DNA from: Bacteroidota bacterium
Lineage (GTDB): Bacteria; Bacteroidota; Bacteroidia; Bacteroidales; UBA12481
NCBI GenBank assembly: GCA_034658635.1
Contig: JAYEFL010000286.1
Coordinates: forward strand, 1,773 to 65,772
Reading direction: 5' to 3'
Length of the DNA: 64,000 bases
Below are positions 40,075 to 49,706 of the stretch, piece by piece; positions within the stretch are counted from its first letter, which is position 1; the number at the start of each line of letters is the position of its first letter. The notes beneath the pieces were generated by a model. That model searched no databases and had not been told where the DNA came from. It saw only the letters and a list, made by a program, of their open reading frames with translations. A program made the translations under genes and the position numbers.

Positions 40075-40559
40075 TAAACTACTTGCTCCATTGACCCGAT
40101 ATAATTTTTTAAAAATACCCGGGCTCTGTATATGTAAACTTTCACCTGTGCCTCGCTCAAATCAGTTATTTCAGCAATTTCCTTATATGAATACCCCTCA
40201 TAATCTCTTAACATGACAACCGATCTTTGGTCACCGGGCAGCCTTTCAATTGCTTCATTCAAAATCTCCTTAAGATCTGAATATTGTTCATTATGCGAAT
40301 AGCTTGCCGGATCCACCTGTTCAAAATCTGTTTGTCTTTTATCTTTTCTTATCTGATCAATCATTGCATGGTAAGCAGTGGTAAACAAATATGACTTAGC
40401 TTTCTTTCCATCAACTTTTTTCGCATTAACCCACAGACGCTCAAATGTATCCTGAACAACATCACGTGCTTTTTCTTCATCCTGAATGTTCTTCAGAATG
40501 AATCGAAACACTGCATCAGCGAACTGATCCACACAAAGGTTATACTCCTTTACAGTCAT
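40074..40559 (-). CDS. ECF-type RNA polymerase sigma-70 factor
   Basis: 161 aa. Region 2 is DVVQDTFERLW and the region 4 HTH is YSYKEIAEITDLSEAQVKVYIYRAR. Confidence 0.9.
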   Translation of the reverse strand: MTVKEYNLCVDQFADAVFRFILKNIQDEEKARDVVQDTFERLWVNAKKVDGKKAKSYLFTTAYHAMIDQIRKDKRQTDFEQVDPASYSHNEQYSDLKEILNEAIERLPGDQRSVVMLRDYEGYSYKEIAEITDLSEAQVKVYIYRARVFLKNYIGSMEQVV

Positions 40560-40686
40560 AATAGGGCTAAGGTCAAATGTAAAACGTTCGTTGCTACGAA
40601 AAAGTTACAAATAATATCGTAGGGGTCGACCCTTTCTATTATGTGTCAACCCTTTTATATATTTACACCACGCAATGTAATATATC

Positions 40687-41217
40687 ATGAAAAAATTCCT
40701 CCTCCCTCTTCTGCTAGTAGCAATGCTGATCCCCTCCTGCAAAACAGAACAATCAGCACCCGATGCTGAACAAATGGTAATGGCTACTCTGTGGTTTCAA
40801 CATTCAGGAGAAGCACGTGCTCTGTATTATCAGGCATACAATCTTGCTGAATTAAGGGTAAGACAAGCCCTTGACACTTTACCGGATAACCTTCCTAAGG
40901 CAGTCATTGCAGATATCGACGAAACTATTCTGGATAATAGCCCTTCTGAAGGAAAAAATATTCTTGAAAGTAGCAGGTTTAGTTCGGAACGATGGAAGGC
41001 CTGGACAGACAAGAGATCAGCAATCGGACTCCCCGGAAGTCTTGAGTTTGCACGGTTTCTTGAAACTGTTGGAGTAGATTTGTATTACATATCAAATCGA
41101 TCTGTTGATGAACAAAATGCTACTCTGGATAATTTAAAGAAGCTGGGGTATCCCTTTTTCTTGCTAAATAGTTTCAATGAACATATCTTTGACCAACCGT
41201 TCAGTCATAATAATTGA
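40687..41217 (+). CDS. Lipoprotein e(P4)/class C acid phosphatase (5'-nucleotidase) family, apparently C-terminally truncated
   Basis: It has a lipobox (LIPSC), WFQHSGEARALYYQAYN, and HAD motif I (ADIDETILDNSP). The ORF ends at 176 aa, before the expected C-terminal GDxxxDF Asp motif. Confidence 0.65.
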   Translation: MKKFLLPLLLVAMLIPSCKTEQSAPDAEQMVMATLWFQHSGEARALYYQAYNLAELRVRQALDTLPDNLPKAVIADIDETILDNSPSEGKNILESSRFSSERWKAWTDKRSAIGLPGSLEFARFLETVGVDLYYISNRSVDEQNATLDNLKKLGYPFFLLNSFNEHIFDQPFSHNN

Positions 41218-41229
41218 CAATTATATTTT

Positions 41230-41805
41230 ATGTCACCAAGAACTGAAAAACAATTCGAAGAAATTCGTTCCAGTCGCAAGTTTCAAATTACGGAAGCAGC
41301 TCTGGAGATTTTTGCTACAGAGGGCTATGAGAAAGCGTCCATCGCAAAAATTGCTCAGGCCGCAAAGATTTCCAAAGGACTCATGTATAATTATTTTTCT
41401 TCCAAAGAGGAATTACTCAAAGCGGTTATCATGATGGGTATTGAAGGATTAATAGAATCATTCGGGAAGGCTGAGGATGAACTTGACACTCCTGAAGAAC
41501 TTAAAATATTCATTAAAGGTGGTATGGATATCATGCGGAAGGAGTCACATTTCTATAAATTATACTTCACCATCTTTTTCCAGCCTGCTGCACAGAAGAT
41601 ATTTGCAGAAAATTATCAGGTGCTGATTGGTAGTTTACTGGAAGACATAGCCAATTATTTCAAGAAAAAAGGCGATCCCCACCCAATGGAAAAAGCAACC
41701 CTTCTGGGAGCATTAATGGATGGGTTCGGAATGTATTATCTTATGAACCCTGAACTCTACGATCTTGACATTTATGAAAAAATCATTTTTGATCTCTTTA
41801 AATAA
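41230..41805 (+). CDS. TetR/AcrR family transcriptional regulator
   Basis: 191 aa with the N-terminal HTH SIAKIAQAAKISKGLMYNYFSSKEELL. Confidence 0.9.
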   Translation: MSPRTEKQFEEIRSSRKFQITEAALEIFATEGYEKASIAKIAQAAKISKGLMYNYFSSKEELLKAVIMMGIEGLIESFGKAEDELDTPEELKIFIKGGMDIMRKESHFYKLYFTIFFQPAAQKIFAENYQVLIGSLLEDIANYFKKKGDPHPMEKATLLGALMDGFGMYYLMNPELYDLDIYEKIIFDLFK

Positions 41806-41812
41806 CGATAAC

Positions 41813-42577
41813 ATGAAAGCCTATTCAATGCGAATCCTAAGCATTTTTTCAGCTCTGGTGATGATTTCAGGAACGGTCTGCAGTCAGGATACTAGCGCCA
41901 GACAGGTGATTGAAAAAGCAGATAAAAACATGGAAGGAGAAAGCTCAATCAGTACGATGAGTATGAGCATTGTCAGGCCAAACTGGGAAAGAACTCTGGA
42001 ATTCAAAAACTGGATGAAAGGTGATGAATATGCCATAACCCTTGTTACTTCACCTGCTAAGGAAAAGGGAATGTCATTTTTAAAGCGTGGTAATGATATG
42101 TGGAACTACCTGCCGGGAATAGGCAGGATGATCAAACTTCCTCCTTCAATGATGTCGCAGGGCTGGATGGGTTCTGACTATACAAATGATGACGTTTTGA
42201 ACGAAACTTCTTTGGTGGATGATTACAGACAAACATTTATCGGTGAGGAAACTATAGAAGACAGAGAATGCCATATAATCGAAATGATCCCGGCTGAAGA
42301 ATCCAACATCGTTTGGGGCAAAGTAATCACATGGGTTTCAAAAAAAGACTTCATTTTCATGAAACATGAGTATTACGATGAAGATGGATATCTGGTCAGA
42401 ACTGAAAAACTAGGAACCATTAAAAAAATGGACGACCGTTTTATCCCAACAATCTATGAGATTATTCCTGCTGATGAGCCCGATCAAAAAACCATAGTCA
42501 GAATCATAAGTATGGATTTCGATGTGGATATCAAAGACTCTTTCTTCTCTCAACAGAACATGAAAAGACTCAGATAA
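41813..42577 (+). CDS. Outer-membrane lipoprotein-sorting (LolA-like) protein
   Basis: ATG 41813 gives the signal peptide MKAYSMRILSIFSALVMISGTVCSQ. About 250 aa match the LolA-like pattern (ERTLEFKNWMKG...MSFLKRGNDMWNYLP...GSDYTNDD). Confidence 0.7.
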   Translation: MKAYSMRILSIFSALVMISGTVCSQDTSARQVIEKADKNMEGESSISTMSMSIVRPNWERTLEFKNWMKGDEYAITLVTSPAKEKGMSFLKRGNDMWNYLPGIGRMIKLPPSMMSQGWMGSDYTNDDVLNETSLVDDYRQTFIGEETIEDRECHIIEMIPAEESNIVWGKVITWVSKKDFIFMKHEYYDEDGYLVRTEKLGTIKKMDDRFIPTIYEIIPADEPDQKTIVRIISMDFDVDIKDSFFSQQNMKRLR

Positions 42578-42589
42578 GACATTAAGCAT

Positions 42590-43810
42590 ATGAATTATTA
42601 TTTTAAAATGGCATGGAGGAATATCTGGCGTAATAAGCGCCGGACTTTGATTACTGCAGCATCTATATTGTTTGCCGTATTCTTCGCCATCCTGCTGCGA
42701 TCCATACAACTTGGGTCATACGCTAATATGGTCGACAATGTAGTTCAGGCATATACCGGGTACATTCAAATTTTTGATACCCAATATAAGGGCGATGAAA
42801 GTATTGAAAATTCAATAGAATTGAATCCAAACCTGCTTTCAGAAATCGAAAGTGTAAAGAATGTTACATTAGCTCTCCCACGCCTGGAATCATTTGCCCT
42901 GGCCTCTTCAGGAAATCAAACCAAAGGAGTTATGGTAGTGGGAACCGACCCTGAAAAAGATGATCAGCTGACTGGTTTATCATCCAAAATTGTCCAGGGA
43001 AATTTTCTGAGAAAAGGAGATCAGGGAGTTCTGGTTTCAGAAAGATTGGCCTCTTACCTTAAAACCTCAGTAGGCGATACTGTGATTCTGATTTCTCAGG
43101 GATATCATGGGGTTAGCGCTGCTAATCAATTTATGATTCAGGGAATTATACGATTCCCATCCCCTGATCTAGATAACAAGATGATCATGATGGATCTTCC
43201 TGTTTGTCAGGATTTTTATTCAGCATATAACCTGATTTCATCTATCTCTTTAAACCTGAAAGAGGAGAAAAAAATGAATCAGACGGTTAAAGACCTTCAG
43301 GAAAGCCTTGGAGATCAATACGACGTAAGGAGTTGGAAAAAAATACTAACCCAACTTGTACAACAAATCGAAGGGGATAATGCCGGAGGCCTTGTCATGT
43401 TATTCTTACTGTACATGATCGTAGGATTTGGGGTTTTTGGCACCGTTCAAATGATGACAGCAGAAAGGCGTAAAGAATTTGGAGTAATGATAGCTGTGGG
43501 TATGCAAAAACGGAGACTTGGCGGAATCCTGGCCATGGAAATGATAATGATTGGTCTCTTAGGTGCTTTGTCAGGAATTGTACTGAGTTTGCCAATAGTA
43601 TACGAACTTTACATACACCCCATAACCCTAAGTGGCGAAACTGCAGAAACAATCATGTCGTTTGGAATGGAGCCCATTATGCCAAGCGCCTGGGAAGCTG
43701 GCTACTTTTTCAGTCAGGCAGGTGTGGTTATGATTATTGTATCCCTGGCAGTATTCTTTCCAATATTATCTGTTACTCGTTTAAAAGTTAGCAAGGCTCT
43801 CAGAGCATAA
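42590..43810 (+). CDS. ABC transporter permease, FtsX/MacB/LolE type
   Basis: 406 aa: N-terminal TM helix, a large periplasmic domain, and a C-terminal 3-TM FtsX module. Confidence 0.85.
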   Translation: MNYYFKMAWRNIWRNKRRTLITAASILFAVFFAILLRSIQLGSYANMVDNVVQAYTGYIQIFDTQYKGDESIENSIELNPNLLSEIESVKNVTLALPRLESFALASSGNQTKGVMVVGTDPEKDDQLTGLSSKIVQGNFLRKGDQGVLVSERLASYLKTSVGDTVILISQGYHGVSAANQFMIQGIIRFPSPDLDNKMIMMDLPVCQDFYSAYNLISSISLNLKEEKKMNQTVKDLQESLGDQYDVRSWKKILTQLVQQIEGDNAGGLVMLFLLYMIVGFGVFGTVQMMTAERRKEFGVMIAVGMQKRRLGGILAMEMIMIGLLGALSGIVLSLPIVYELYIHPITLSGETAETIMSFGMEPIMPSAWEAGYFFSQAGVVMIIVSLAVFFPILSVTRLKVSKALRA

Positions 43811-43831
43811 CACCTCAAAAAAGATTACGAA

Positions 43832-45124
43832 ATGATACCATCAATATCTTGGAAAAACATTTGGAGAAACAGGGTCAGAAGCCTTGTGGTAATTACCGCA
43901 ATTACCCTGGGATTATTTGGGGGCCTCTTTTCATCAGCCATTTTCAAAGGAATGTCAGAGAGAAGGTTTGAAGAAGCATTAAGCAAAGAGATTACTCATA
44001 TCCAGATTCACAATCCTAAATATCTTGAAAATCCAGAAATTGGATTTACAATTCCTCAGCCATCAGAACTGATTGATTTTATCAAAAGCAAGGAAAGTGT
44101 AAAAGCCGTTTCTTCAAGATTGAAGATTACTGCCATGATTGGCAGCTCTTCATCAAATTATGGCGTAAATGTTGTCGGGGTGGATCCTGAGAAGGAGAAA
44201 GAGGTTTCAAAACTGTACACAGCCCTTCTCTCACCAGAGGAAATCACCAAACAATATGGCATTATTGATCCAACAGATTTGGAACAGTTTCAAGCCGATA
44301 GTGTAGGATTCTATTTTGAGAACACTAGAAGAAATCCAATGTTTATTGGTGAAGAGCTTGCGCATAAACTCAGAATAAAAGTCAGGTCAAAAGTAGTCAT
44401 CACCTTTCAAAACGCCAACGGAAATCTAACAGGAGGAGCATTCAGGGTATGTGGAATATTCCGAACAGAAAACTCCGTATTTGAACAAACCAATGTATTT
44501 GTCAGACAAAATGATCTGATTGGATTAACGGGATTAGAGGCAGAATCGGCTCATGAGATTGCAATTTTCTTACATGATGTGGAACAGGCCGGTGAACTAG
44601 CCGCTCTTCTATCAGAAAATTATCCAAATCTTGAAACAAGTGATTGGAAAACTCTGGAACCGACTTTAGCCATGATGACAGATATGATGGATGTAACAAT
44701 GACAATTATTATTGTCATCATCCTGCTCGCTCTCGGATTTGGTATTGTGAACACCATGCTCATGGTTGTTATGGAAAGAGGAAAAGAAATTGGAATGCTT
44801 ATGGCTGTCGGAATGAGCAAGCTAAGGGTATTCTCAATGATTATCCTGGAATCTGTACTGCTCTGTTTAACAGGAGCCGCAGCTGGCATAAGTATCAGCG
44901 TGTTATTGATAGAAATCTTTTCAAGCAAAGGAATTGATATGACAGCTTTTGCTCAGGAGGGTTTTGAAGCAATGGGCTTTGCAGCAGTCTTTTATCCTAC
45001 TTTGGGAGCAGAATTCTATCTCGAAGTCACCCTGCTTGTTGTTCTCACCGGTGTTCTTTCATCCGTATATCCGGCCTGGAAAGCCCTAAAACTAAATCCC
45101 GCAGATGCACTAAGATCAGAGTAA
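43832..45124 (+). CDS. ABC transporter permease, FtsX/MacB/LolE type (second copy)
   Basis: 430 aa with the same architecture as the upstream permease. The C-terminus is YPAWKALKLNPADALRSE. Confidence 0.85.
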   Translation: MIPSISWKNIWRNRVRSLVVITAITLGLFGGLFSSAIFKGMSERRFEEALSKEITHIQIHNPKYLENPEIGFTIPQPSELIDFIKSKESVKAVSSRLKITAMIGSSSSNYGVNVVGVDPEKEKEVSKLYTALLSPEEITKQYGIIDPTDLEQFQADSVGFYFENTRRNPMFIGEELAHKLRIKVRSKVVITFQNANGNLTGGAFRVCGIFRTENSVFEQTNVFVRQNDLIGLTGLEAESAHEIAIFLHDVEQAGELAALLSENYPNLETSDWKTLEPTLAMMTDMMDVTMTIIIVIILLALGFGIVNTMLMVVMERGKEIGMLMAVGMSKLRVFSMIILESVLLCLTGAAAGISISVLLIEIFSSKGIDMTAFAQEGFEAMGFAAVFYPTLGAEFYLEVTLLVVLTGVLSSVYPAWKALKLNPADALRSE

Positions 45125-45180
45125 CGATATTGTAAGGGCGCACGGCCGTTCGCCACAACGAGTAAAAAACTAAAGAAAAA

Positions 45181-45867
45181 ATGAACATAATAGAAATCAA
45201 AAGCCTGGTCAAAATTTACGACGACAAAAAAACCGTTCCGGTTACTGCTGTAAACGGCGTGAATCTAAATTTCAAAGCAGGAGAATTTGCTGCAATCGTA
45301 GGTCCATCGGGATCTGGAAAAACAACCCTGTTGAATTTACTCGGTGGTTTGGATGAACCAACATCCGGTGAAATCCTGGTTGACAGTATGCAAATGGGTA
45401 ACTTAAGCAGCCGACAGAAAATTGATTTCAGAATGCGAAATATCGGCTTCGTTTTCCAGGCCTATAACCTTATTCCTGTATTAACTGCAAAGGAAAATGT
45501 AGAGTTCATTATGCACCTGCAGGGTCAGTCAAAAAAAGACCGTGACAAACGCTCACAAGAACTACTTGAAGCTGTTGGACTGGGAGACCGTATGAATGCA
45601 CGACCGGGAAAACTTTCAGGAGGACAGCAACAAAGGGTAGCTGTTGCCAGAGCGCTGGCTTCAAAACCAAAATTTATTCTGGCTGATGAACCAACAGCAA
45701 ATCTTGATTCAAAGTCAACAGAAACTCTTCTTGATATAATGGAGAGACTGAATAAAGAAGAGAACATAACGTTCATTTTTTCTACTCATGATGCCCGGGT
45801 TGTAAAAAAAGCCCGACGAGTAATAACCATAGAGGATGGAGTTGTTGTTGAGGATGAAGAAAGATAG
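45181..45867 (+). CDS. ABC transporter ATP-binding protein (LolD/MacB-ATPase type)
   Basis: Walker A GPSGSGKTT, signature LSGGQQQRV, Walker B FILADEPT. Confidence 0.95.
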   Translation: MNIIEIKSLVKIYDDKKTVPVTAVNGVNLNFKAGEFAAIVGPSGSGKTTLLNLLGGLDEPTSGEILVDSMQMGNLSSRQKIDFRMRNIGFVFQAYNLIPVLTAKENVEFIMHLQGQSKKDRDKRSQELLEAVGLGDRMNARPGKLSGGQQQRVAVARALASKPKFILADEPTANLDSKSTETLLDIMERLNKEENITFIFSTHDARVVKKARRVITIEDGVVVEDEER

Positions 45868-45873
45868 TCTCCG

Positions 45874-47028
45874 ATGAAACAAAATATAGCTCTTATTCTC
45901 CTTTTGGCTACCCTGACTGCTTTGCCAGCCAGAAGCCAGTTGAGTGCTTCCCTGAATGGATATGTTTCTAACATGCAGTCAGTGATGTTTGAAAACCTGA
46001 ATGGACAATGGATTTCAGACAATCTGGTACATAATCGGCTCAACTTTAAGGGCTATCTGGGATCAAACTTAAGCCTGACAATAGAACTCAGAAACAGGAT
46101 GTTGTATGGTGAAACTGTGAAGTATTTTCCCGAATATGATGAATTGATTAGTATCGACCAGGGATGGATGGATTTGAGCTTCAATTTGGTGGCAGACAGT
46201 TCTTTTATTATCAATACCAGTGTTGACCGGATATTTGCCGACATAACTATAGGTAAACTTCAGGCCACAATTGGGCGACAGAGAATCAATTGGGGGATGA
46301 ATTTTGTCTGGAATCCAAATGATATTTTCAACTCCTATTCATTTTTTGATTTTGATTATGTCGAACGTCCCGGTAGCGATGCAATCAGAATTCAATACTA
46401 CCTCAATACAACAGCCTGTCTCGAATTAGTTGGCAAAATCAATCAGGCAGAGGAATGGAGCCTGGCAGGCCTGCTTAGATTTAATATGGCAAATACAGAT
46501 TTCCAACTCCTGGGCGGAGTACTGAATGAGGAAGAGTATGTGATCGGAGGAGGATTCTCAGGCAACCTTGGTCCCATTTCAATAAATGGAGAACTCACCT
46601 ACCTTGATCCTATAGATGAATCATCTGCTAATGAATCAGTCCTTCTAGGAGGATTTGGACTAAGTTACAACACCCCGTTCAATCTTTTTATACAGGCAGA
46701 ATATCTGTACAACGAGGCCGCAGAAAAATCATCTATTAATAATTTCACTGACTTCTATTACCGGAATCTGACTCTGCGGGATTTGTCTATGACCCCTCAT
46801 ACCTTTTTTACCAGTATTTCATATCCTGTTAATCCCTTATTGAACCTCGGAGTATCAGGAATGTACTTCCCTGGACTGAATGGTATTTTCATGGGTCCCT
46901 CCTGTGATTTGTCACTCAGAAATGACCTCGACTTGTCATTTTTCATGCAATATTTTGAAGTAGACTTTTCAGGAGGCCTGGAGCAAAAAGCCACACTTGG
47001 TTTTCTCCGTCTTAAATGGTCATTTTAA
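45874..47028 (+). CDS. Hypothetical outer-membrane beta-barrel protein
   Basis: 384 aa with signal peptide ...ALPARSQ, an amphipathic strand pattern, and a C-terminal ...LRLKWSF (terminal Phe). Confidence 0.55.
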   Translation: MKQNIALILLLATLTALPARSQLSASLNGYVSNMQSVMFENLNGQWISDNLVHNRLNFKGYLGSNLSLTIELRNRMLYGETVKYFPEYDELISIDQGWMDLSFNLVADSSFIINTSVDRIFADITIGKLQATIGRQRINWGMNFVWNPNDIFNSYSFFDFDYVERPGSDAIRIQYYLNTTACLELVGKINQAEEWSLAGLLRFNMANTDFQLLGGVLNEEEYVIGGGFSGNLGPISINGELTYLDPIDESSANESVLLGGFGLSYNTPFNLFIQAEYLYNEAAEKSSINNFTDFYYRNLTLRDLSMTPHTFFTSISYPVNPLLNLGVSGMYFPGLNGIFMGPSCDLSLRNDLDLSFFMQYFEVDFSGGLEQKATLGFLRLKWSF

Positions 47029-47132
47029 GCGTATTTTTTACATTTTTTTGGTAATTTCACGAGGTTTGTTGGCTTTCTTTCATTACGATAAAGAATAACA
47101 AGCTGAATATAAATTACTTAAACCTTCTCTTT

Positions 47133-48446
47133 ATGAGTCAAACAAAAAATATTAATCGGCGAAATTTCTTCAGGAAAGCAGCCGGTGCAACTGGTGCGGC
47201 ATTCGCATTACCATACATAATCCCTTCAACTGCCTTGGGAAAGAATGGGGCAGTATCAGCAAATGATCGTATCGTGATGGGAGTAATCGGTTCTGGTTCT
47301 ATGGGAACCGGTGATATGCGCACATTTATGGGTAAAAATGAAGTACAGATGGTTGCTGCATGTGATGTAGATAAAAAGCATCGCGATCGGGCTAAAGGCT
47401 TTATGGATGCTCACTATGATAACACTGATGCCAACACCTATGGTGATTATCGTGAATTCCTGGCTACTGAAAAGCTTGATGCAGTTGTTCTGGCTCTCCC
47501 AGATCAATGGCACGGAATTATTGGAGTTGCTGTAGCAAATGCAGGACTTGATATTTACGGCCAAAAGCCACTGGCAAGGACCATTTGGGAGGGTCGTCAG
47601 ATTGTTGAAGCAGTCAATAAAAATAAGGTCATCTGGCAAACTGGTAGCTGGCAGAGATCTGTTGGGAATTTTCATCTGGGTGCTAATTTAGTGGCCAATG
47701 GTCGTATCGGAAAAATATCCCGTGTTGAAGTAGGCTTACCTGATGGAAACCCAAGACCTGGCATTTACAATGTAAAACCTGTTCCTGAAGAACTAGATTG
47801 GGATATGTGGTTAGGGCCTGCACCTGCAGTTCCTTATCGCGGTGTATGTCATTGGGACTGGAGATGGATTCTGGATTATTCTGGAGGTCAGTTAACAGAC
47901 TGGGCCGGCCACCATATTGATATTGCTCACTGGGCTTTAGGTTTCGATAAAACTGGCCCGGTTGAAATAGAAGGCAAAGGAGTGTACCCTCGTGATGGTA
48001 TTTTTGATGTTCCGGTTGAGTATCATAATACTGCCAGATATGAAAATGGACTTGAAATGACAATTGCAAATGCCCGCAAACTTCCATTCGGAATGGGAAC
48101 TGCATGGTACGGTGATAAAGGCTGGATTCATGTTCGTCGTGGAGGAATCCAGGCTAGTGACCCTAAGATACTGGAAGAGAAAATAGGAGCAGATGAAAAT
48201 CCGCTGTATTTCTCCAGAGATCACGCACAAAACTTATTGGATTGTATTCGAACCCGTGAAGAAACCATAACTCCGGCTGAAGCCGCTCACCGTTCTATAT
48301 CTGTTGGCTTGCTTTGCGAAATAGCTATGCTGACAGGCAGAAAACTCACTTGGGATCCTGTAAAAGAAGAATTCCCAAACGATCCATTGGCTAACAGAAT
48401 GCTCAGGAGACCTTTCCGCTCACCCTGGACCTTAAAAAACAACTAA
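47133..48446 (+). CDS. Gfo/Idh/MocA family oxidoreductase, Tat-exported
   Basis: It has a twin-arginine signal (NRRNFFRKAAGATGAAFALP), the Rossmann loop GVIGSGSMG, and the GQKPLA motif. Confidence 0.9.
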   Translation: MSQTKNINRRNFFRKAAGATGAAFALPYIIPSTALGKNGAVSANDRIVMGVIGSGSMGTGDMRTFMGKNEVQMVAACDVDKKHRDRAKGFMDAHYDNTDANTYGDYREFLATEKLDAVVLALPDQWHGIIGVAVANAGLDIYGQKPLARTIWEGRQIVEAVNKNKVIWQTGSWQRSVGNFHLGANLVANGRIGKISRVEVGLPDGNPRPGIYNVKPVPEELDWDMWLGPAPAVPYRGVCHWDWRWILDYSGGQLTDWAGHHIDIAHWALGFDKTGPVEIEGKGVYPRDGIFDVPVEYHNTARYENGLEMTIANARKLPFGMGTAWYGDKGWIHVRRGGIQASDPKILEEKIGADENPLYFSRDHAQNLLDCIRTREETITPAEAAHRSISVGLLCEIAMLTGRKLTWDPVKEEFPNDPLANRMLRRPFRSPWTLKNN

Positions 48447-48457
48447 TCCCAGAAATA

Positions 48458-49693
48458 ATGAAAACAATATACAGATCTATATTTATCCTCTTATTAGGAA
48501 TCGGATTACTTACCGTTCCAGCTTGCCAGAACGAATCAGAAAGCGATACTCAATATAAAGCACTGATAATCACAGGACAAAACAATCATTCCTGGGAAAC
48601 ATCAACTCCAATTCTTAAAGAGATTCTTGATAATTCAGAACTTTTTGCAACCAGCATTGCCCAGTCTCCTGCTAAGGGAGAAGACATGTCGAATTTCACC
48701 CCGATTTTCACCGATTACGATGTGGTAGTTCTCGATTATACCGGAGATTCCTGGCCTGAAGAAACACAGGAGGCTTTTTTAGCCTACGTCAAAGCTGGTG
48801 GTGGTGTAGTAGTTTATCATGCAGCGAATAATGCTTTCCCGGATTGGAAAGAATTCAATAAAGTAATCGGACTTGGTGGATGGGGTGGCCGGAATGAAAA
48901 GGATGGCCCTTATGTCAGATGGAAAGATGGAGAGATCGTAAGAGATTTGACTCCCGGACGTGGAGGTTCACATGGTCAGCAACATGCTTTTGTTGTCAAA
49001 ATACGAGAAACAGAGCATCCAATTACAAAAGGTTTACCTGAAACCTGGTTGCACGCTCAGGATGAATTATACTCTGAGCTAAGAGGTCCGGCTGAAAACC
49101 TGACTGTTTTGGCAACAGCATTTGCTGATACTGCTAAAGGGGGAACCGGCGAGAATGAACCCACCCTGATGACCATCCAGTATGGCCAGGGTCGGGTATT
49201 TCATACTACTCTGGGACATGTCATGGGAGACGGTCCTCAACCAGCAGTACAATGTGTCGGCTTTATTGTAACTCTTCAACGTGGAGCCGAATGGGCTGCC
49301 ACAGGTGAAGTTACCCAAGAGGTTCCGGTTGCCTTTCCAGGTCATAATAGTTTGAGCTCCTGGGATAAATTTCGCCCTTATACTATGGATGAACTACTTG
49401 AGTGTATGGAAGATTACATGCCTGGAGATAGTCGTGTTTGTTTACAAGACCTGAAAAATATGATCAGGCAAGCAAGTACAGACCTTGATAAACTCCAGGA
49501 TATTGAACTTTCATTGATAAAATTCCTGAAGGATAATGCAACTGATGATGCCAGGAATTTTGTAATGAGAGAACTCGGTCTGATTGGAACCGAAGCATCA
49601 TTACCAGTTCTCAAAAAACTGATGAAAGATGACGACACCAAAGAAATGGCACGTTATGCCACAGAACAAATTTCAAACGAATATACCAACTAA
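48458..49693 (+). CDS. ThuA-domain protein (trehalose-utilisation-like, class I glutamine amidotransferase fold) with C-terminal HEAT-like repeats; lipoprotein
   Basis: It has a lipobox (LTVPAC). The ThuA core runs ALIITGQNNHSWE...VVVYHAANNAF...HTTLGH. The C-terminal ~90 aa are helical repeats (LKFLKDNATDDARNFVMRELGLIGTEASLPVLKKLMKDDD). Confidence 0.8.
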   Translation: MKTIYRSIFILLLGIGLLTVPACQNESESDTQYKALIITGQNNHSWETSTPILKEILDNSELFATSIAQSPAKGEDMSNFTPIFTDYDVVVLDYTGDSWPEETQEAFLAYVKAGGGVVVYHAANNAFPDWKEFNKVIGLGGWGGRNEKDGPYVRWKDGEIVRDLTPGRGGSHGQQHAFVVKIRETEHPITKGLPETWLHAQDELYSELRGPAENLTVLATAFADTAKGGTGENEPTLMTIQYGQGRVFHTTLGHVMGDGPQPAVQCVGFIVTLQRGAEWAATGEVTQEVPVAFPGHNSLSSWDKFRPYTMDELLECMEDYMPGDSRVCLQDLKNMIRQASTDLDKLQDIELSLIKFLKDNATDDARNFVMRELGLIGTEASLPVLKKLMKDDDTKEMARYATEQISNEYTN

Positions 49694-49706
49694 TTATAAA
49701 GGACAA

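Noticed and set aside
40560-40686. A major strand switch occurs here: about 21 kb of minus-strand genes on the left and about 13 kb of plus-strand genes on the right. I considered whether this marks a replication origin.
   Set aside because: The intergenic region is only 127 bp. I found no DnaA-box-like TTATCCACA/TGTGGATAA sequences or AT-rich unwinding repeats, and no dnaA or dnaN nearby. It is more likely a simple divergent promoter region.
41230-47028. Given the truncated flanking gene, I considered whether the TetR/ABC cassette is a mobile genomic island.
   Set aside because: No integrase, transposase, tRNA attachment site or flanking direct repeats are visible, and the composition looks like the rest of the window. 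It is recorded only as a possible rearrangement.
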